A program made the position numbers and the translations under genes. From assembly GCA_963803145.1 (NCBI GenBank), contig CAWDLW010000008.1, positions 128,001 to 192,000 of the forward strand: a stretch of 64,000 nucleotides of DNA. The letters run 5' to 3'. Shown piece by piece: positions 61,536-64,000 of this stretch (position 1 is the stretch's first letter; the number at the start of each line of letters is the position of its first letter). Source of the stretch: Methanotrichaceae archaeon. GTDB lineage: Archaea; Halobacteriota; Methanosarcinia; Methanotrichales; Methanotrichaceae. The notes under the pieces were generated by a model. It was not told the DNA's origin. It saw only the letters and a list, made by a program, of their open reading frames with translations, and did not search any database.

Positions 61536-62184
61536 CGGTTTTCATCCCCGGAAGCATATCCGGCCTCATTCTCTCGATATAGGATACAGCATAGCCAGTG
61601 ATTATCGCCTCTATTACAGCTACACCCATGTTGACTCCTGCCAGAAGCGAGAGTCCATAGAGCATATCCGTGCGGCTCTGAGTTACTCCCTGAATGCCTG
61701 AGATCAATATCACAGCGATCATGGTTATGTTTCCCAGGAATAGGCCGACAAGTGTGGCGGCGCCTGCCCTTGCAAAGGTACTCACCTTTGTTTTGCCGAT
61801 CCATTTGTAGGTGCCAAACGCAGCAGAGACCTCAGTCATATTGACCAGGACATTCGCACCAATCATGCCCCATCCGCCATGCCCAATGGCGGCAGATAAT
61901 ATGTTCACTATGAATACGATAATGCCCCCGACTGCCGGTCCCCCCAAGATGCCTATAAGAGGCGTGAGATTCATGTGAACGCCACCGAACAAAGGAATGT
62001 TAACTTGAAAGATAGCGAATGAGGCTGCAGTACACATCGCGGCAATAGTTATGGTCTTGCTATCGATTCCATTCCCTCTCCTCATCCAATACAGGCATAG
62101 TCCGATCAGAACTATAGCGAGGATCCACCATACGGAGATCCATTGCAGCGTGAAGGCGCCGTCTTCTAGATGTATATGAGCCAT
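61528..62184 (-). CDS. cbiM: Co/Ni ECF substrate-binding component
   Basis: MAHIHLEDG, GGVH and HGG...GAN. Confidence 0.9.
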   Translation of the reverse strand: MAHIHLEDGAFTLQWISVWWILAIVLIGLCLYWMRRGNGIDSKTITIAAMCTAASFAIFQVNIPLFGGVHMNLTPLIGILGGPAVGGIIVFIVNILSAAIGHGGWGMIGANVLVNMTEVSAAFGTYKWIGKTKVSTFARAGAATLVGLFLGNITMIAVILISGIQGVTQSRTDMLYGLSLLAGVNMGVAVIEAIITGYAVSYIERMRPDMLPGMKTDV

Positions 62185-62370
62185 TGATATGACATCCTCA
62201 TACGTTTATGCGAATCATCGTTGAGATTGCCTGATCATTGCCACCGTGGTATTTAAAACTTGGTGTCATACCAAACAAGTTGGTAGATGACCAAAAGTTT
62301 AAATAATCGCAAACATACTGGCAGGTAGTACTAAAATGGAAAGAAATATAATAATTGTTGGAGGGCGACA

Positions 62371-62676
62371 ATGAGAAAGTTAATAATATTCTGCTTAGTC
62401 CTTTTGCTATTGGCGTTGGATTGCAAGGCGACAGCACCAGTACAACTCAGTGGAATTGGTGGCAAGACTATTTTGGCGCAGGTAGCCAGCACGAATATAA
62501 CTAATCAAATAACCAAAGTGTCTGCTGCTGATATCTGGAGCTGGGGCAAGATTCCGCTAAACTATGCATTGAATGGATCGGGAAAAATATTCGAGATACC
62601 ACCGATAGACGACGATAATGTGTGGTTGGGGGCCATATCTCAAGAGTTAGCGTTAAACACAAGTGTGTATACATAA
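62371..62676 (+). CDS. Small secreted hypothetical protein
   Basis: Signal peptide; WSWGKIP motif. Confidence 0.65.
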   Translation: MRKLIIFCLVLLLLALDCKATAPVQLSGIGGKTILAQVASTNITNQITKVSAADIWSWGKIPLNYALNGSGKIFEIPPIDDDNVWLGAISQELALNTSVYT

Positions 62677-62995
62677 GCGTAATTAAGATCGCTATATTTG
62701 ATGTGGCAAGACAGCAAAGCCAGTACCAATCGAGTAATCTTATTGATAGGTAGGAGTTCCAGCCCAAGGCCATGGTCTGGAGCTCGGCTATTTATCCTTG
62801 CCTGTCTGAGGAGTTGTAGGTCTAGCTCAGGATTACTTTGCGTCATATGTGATATAATCAAGTTCTTATCACCTTAGCCTATTTAAATCCAGTATATCCG
62901 CGATCCCTTTAAGGTGATTTGACTTAGAGCCGTATTAAAAGATAAATTTGGCATCAAACCAAAATTAGGCGTATGTATCTATCCGCATCTTTAGT

Positions 62996-63898
62996 TCATG
63001 CTTTGGCAAGGCATCCTACCAGCTCCTCTATGGTTACAGGTCTGCCACCCAGCTTCATTCCCCTGCTTTTGCAAAACTCCTCGTAAATTTGAGCAATCTT
63101 TGGCTTTCTTAGACCTGCCTCTGCAAGGAGTTTGGCATCGTAAAAAATCTCCGAGGGGCTGCCTTCAGCTATAATAGATCCGTCTTTTACGATGCATATG
63201 CGATCGGCAATACGTGCTGCGAGATCAAGGTCATGGGTAGCAATGACTGCGCTTATACCGAATTTATTCTTTAATTCAGTTATTATGTTTTCAACTATCT
63301 CGGCATGTCTGGGATCCAGGTCAGATGTAGGTTCATCCAGTGCCATGATTTTGGGCTTCATGGCCAATATGCCTGCTATGGAGACCAGTCTCTTCTGTCC
63401 GCCGCTGAGATAGTTGGGCATCTTGTTTACGAGCTCCTCTGCACCTACGGCACTTAGAGATTCCAAGGCTACAATTCTCGCATCCTCCTTGCTCATACCC
63501 AGATTGAGCGGCCCAAACATCACGTCATCCAGCACAGTAGGTGCAAAAAGCTGATCATCAGCTCTCTGAAATACTATGCCTACATCTTTCCACAGCTCTT
63601 TTTTGGTCCTAACATCGACCTTTTTGCCCATGATATATATATCGCCTTTCGACGGCAGGAGAAGGCCGTTCAAATGCTCCAAGAGCGTGGATTTACCAGA
63701 TCCATTGGCTCCACAAATCGCGATTATCTCATGCTCTCTGATCCTGAAACATAGATTATGGATTCCAATGCTGTTGTCAGGATAGATATGGCTTACACAA
63801 TCTATATGTATCAGCTCATGAGGCTCAGGGCAAGCATGATCCGGAGCTGGGTCAACATGATCAGTATCTTTTCTATCATCCATGAATTGTAAACTCAC
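62996..63898 (-). CDS. cbiO: ECF transporter ATPase
   Basis: GANGSGKST, DDQLFAPTV, LSGGQK and LDEPT. Confidence 0.93.
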   Translation of the reverse strand: MSLQFMDDRKDTDHVDPAPDHACPEPHELIHIDCVSHIYPDNSIGIHNLCFRIREHEIIAICGANGSGKSTLLEHLNGLLLPSKGDIYIMGKKVDVRTKKELWKDVGIVFQRADDQLFAPTVLDDVMFGPLNLGMSKEDARIVALESLSAVGAEELVNKMPNYLSGGQKRLVSIAGILAMKPKIMALDEPTSDLDPRHAEIVENIITELKNKFGISAVIATHDLDLAARIADRICIVKDGSIIAEGSPSEIFYDAKLLAEAGLRKPKIAQIYEEFCKSRGMKLGGRPVTIEELVGCLAKA

Positions 63899-63905
63899 CC
63901 CTAAA

Positions 63906-64000
63906 TTAATGAATTATTACAAGCAGATAAGCTGCTATGGAGAACGCCATCAGCAGAATGACATAGTCTCTTAGTACCATTGGCTGAACATCTGTTGCTG
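63906..64000 (-). CDS. C-terminus of a probable CbiQ (T component), cut by the window edge
   Basis: ...DVQPMVLRDYVILLMAFSIAAYLLVIIH* directly upstream of cbiO. Confidence 0.55.
   Translation of the reverse strand, partial: ATDVQPMVLRDYVILLMAFSIAAYLLVIIH

Overview
This 64-kb window looks like the chromosome of an acetoclastic methanogen, most likely Methanothrix/Methanotrichaceae. That is an inference from the archaeal rpl7ae-rps28e-rpl24e-ndk-infB cluster, methanogenesis marker 16, a PAC2 chaperone and many PAS hybrid kinases. From left to right it contains: a decayed toxin/defence patch (HEPN, NYN, two HicB with HicA remnants); a 1.2-kb AT-rich non-coding region with a 15-bp inverted repeat; housekeeping genes (XPD-like helicase, solo Cas4, pyrBI, FKBP, leuA, tatD, infB, ribosomal proteins); a signalling block of a CheB-CheR fusion and PAS hybrid kinases; a general-stress cluster (DUF1328, a LigD phosphoesterase interrupted by an IS1634-like element, five tandem KGG genes); acetyl-CoA metabolism genes; several secreted proteins of unknown family; an RlmJ-like methyltransferase; and a Co/Ni ECF transporter. 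The most intriguing signal is a 12-codon, probably leaderless uORF ending in two Leu codons (CTT CTA TGA). It overlaps the leuA frame at +1 with a prfB-like layout, making it a candidate leucine-sensing frameshift or leader control. No tRNA, rRNA or CRISPR array was recognised. All calls come from reading the sequence by eye; no searches were run.
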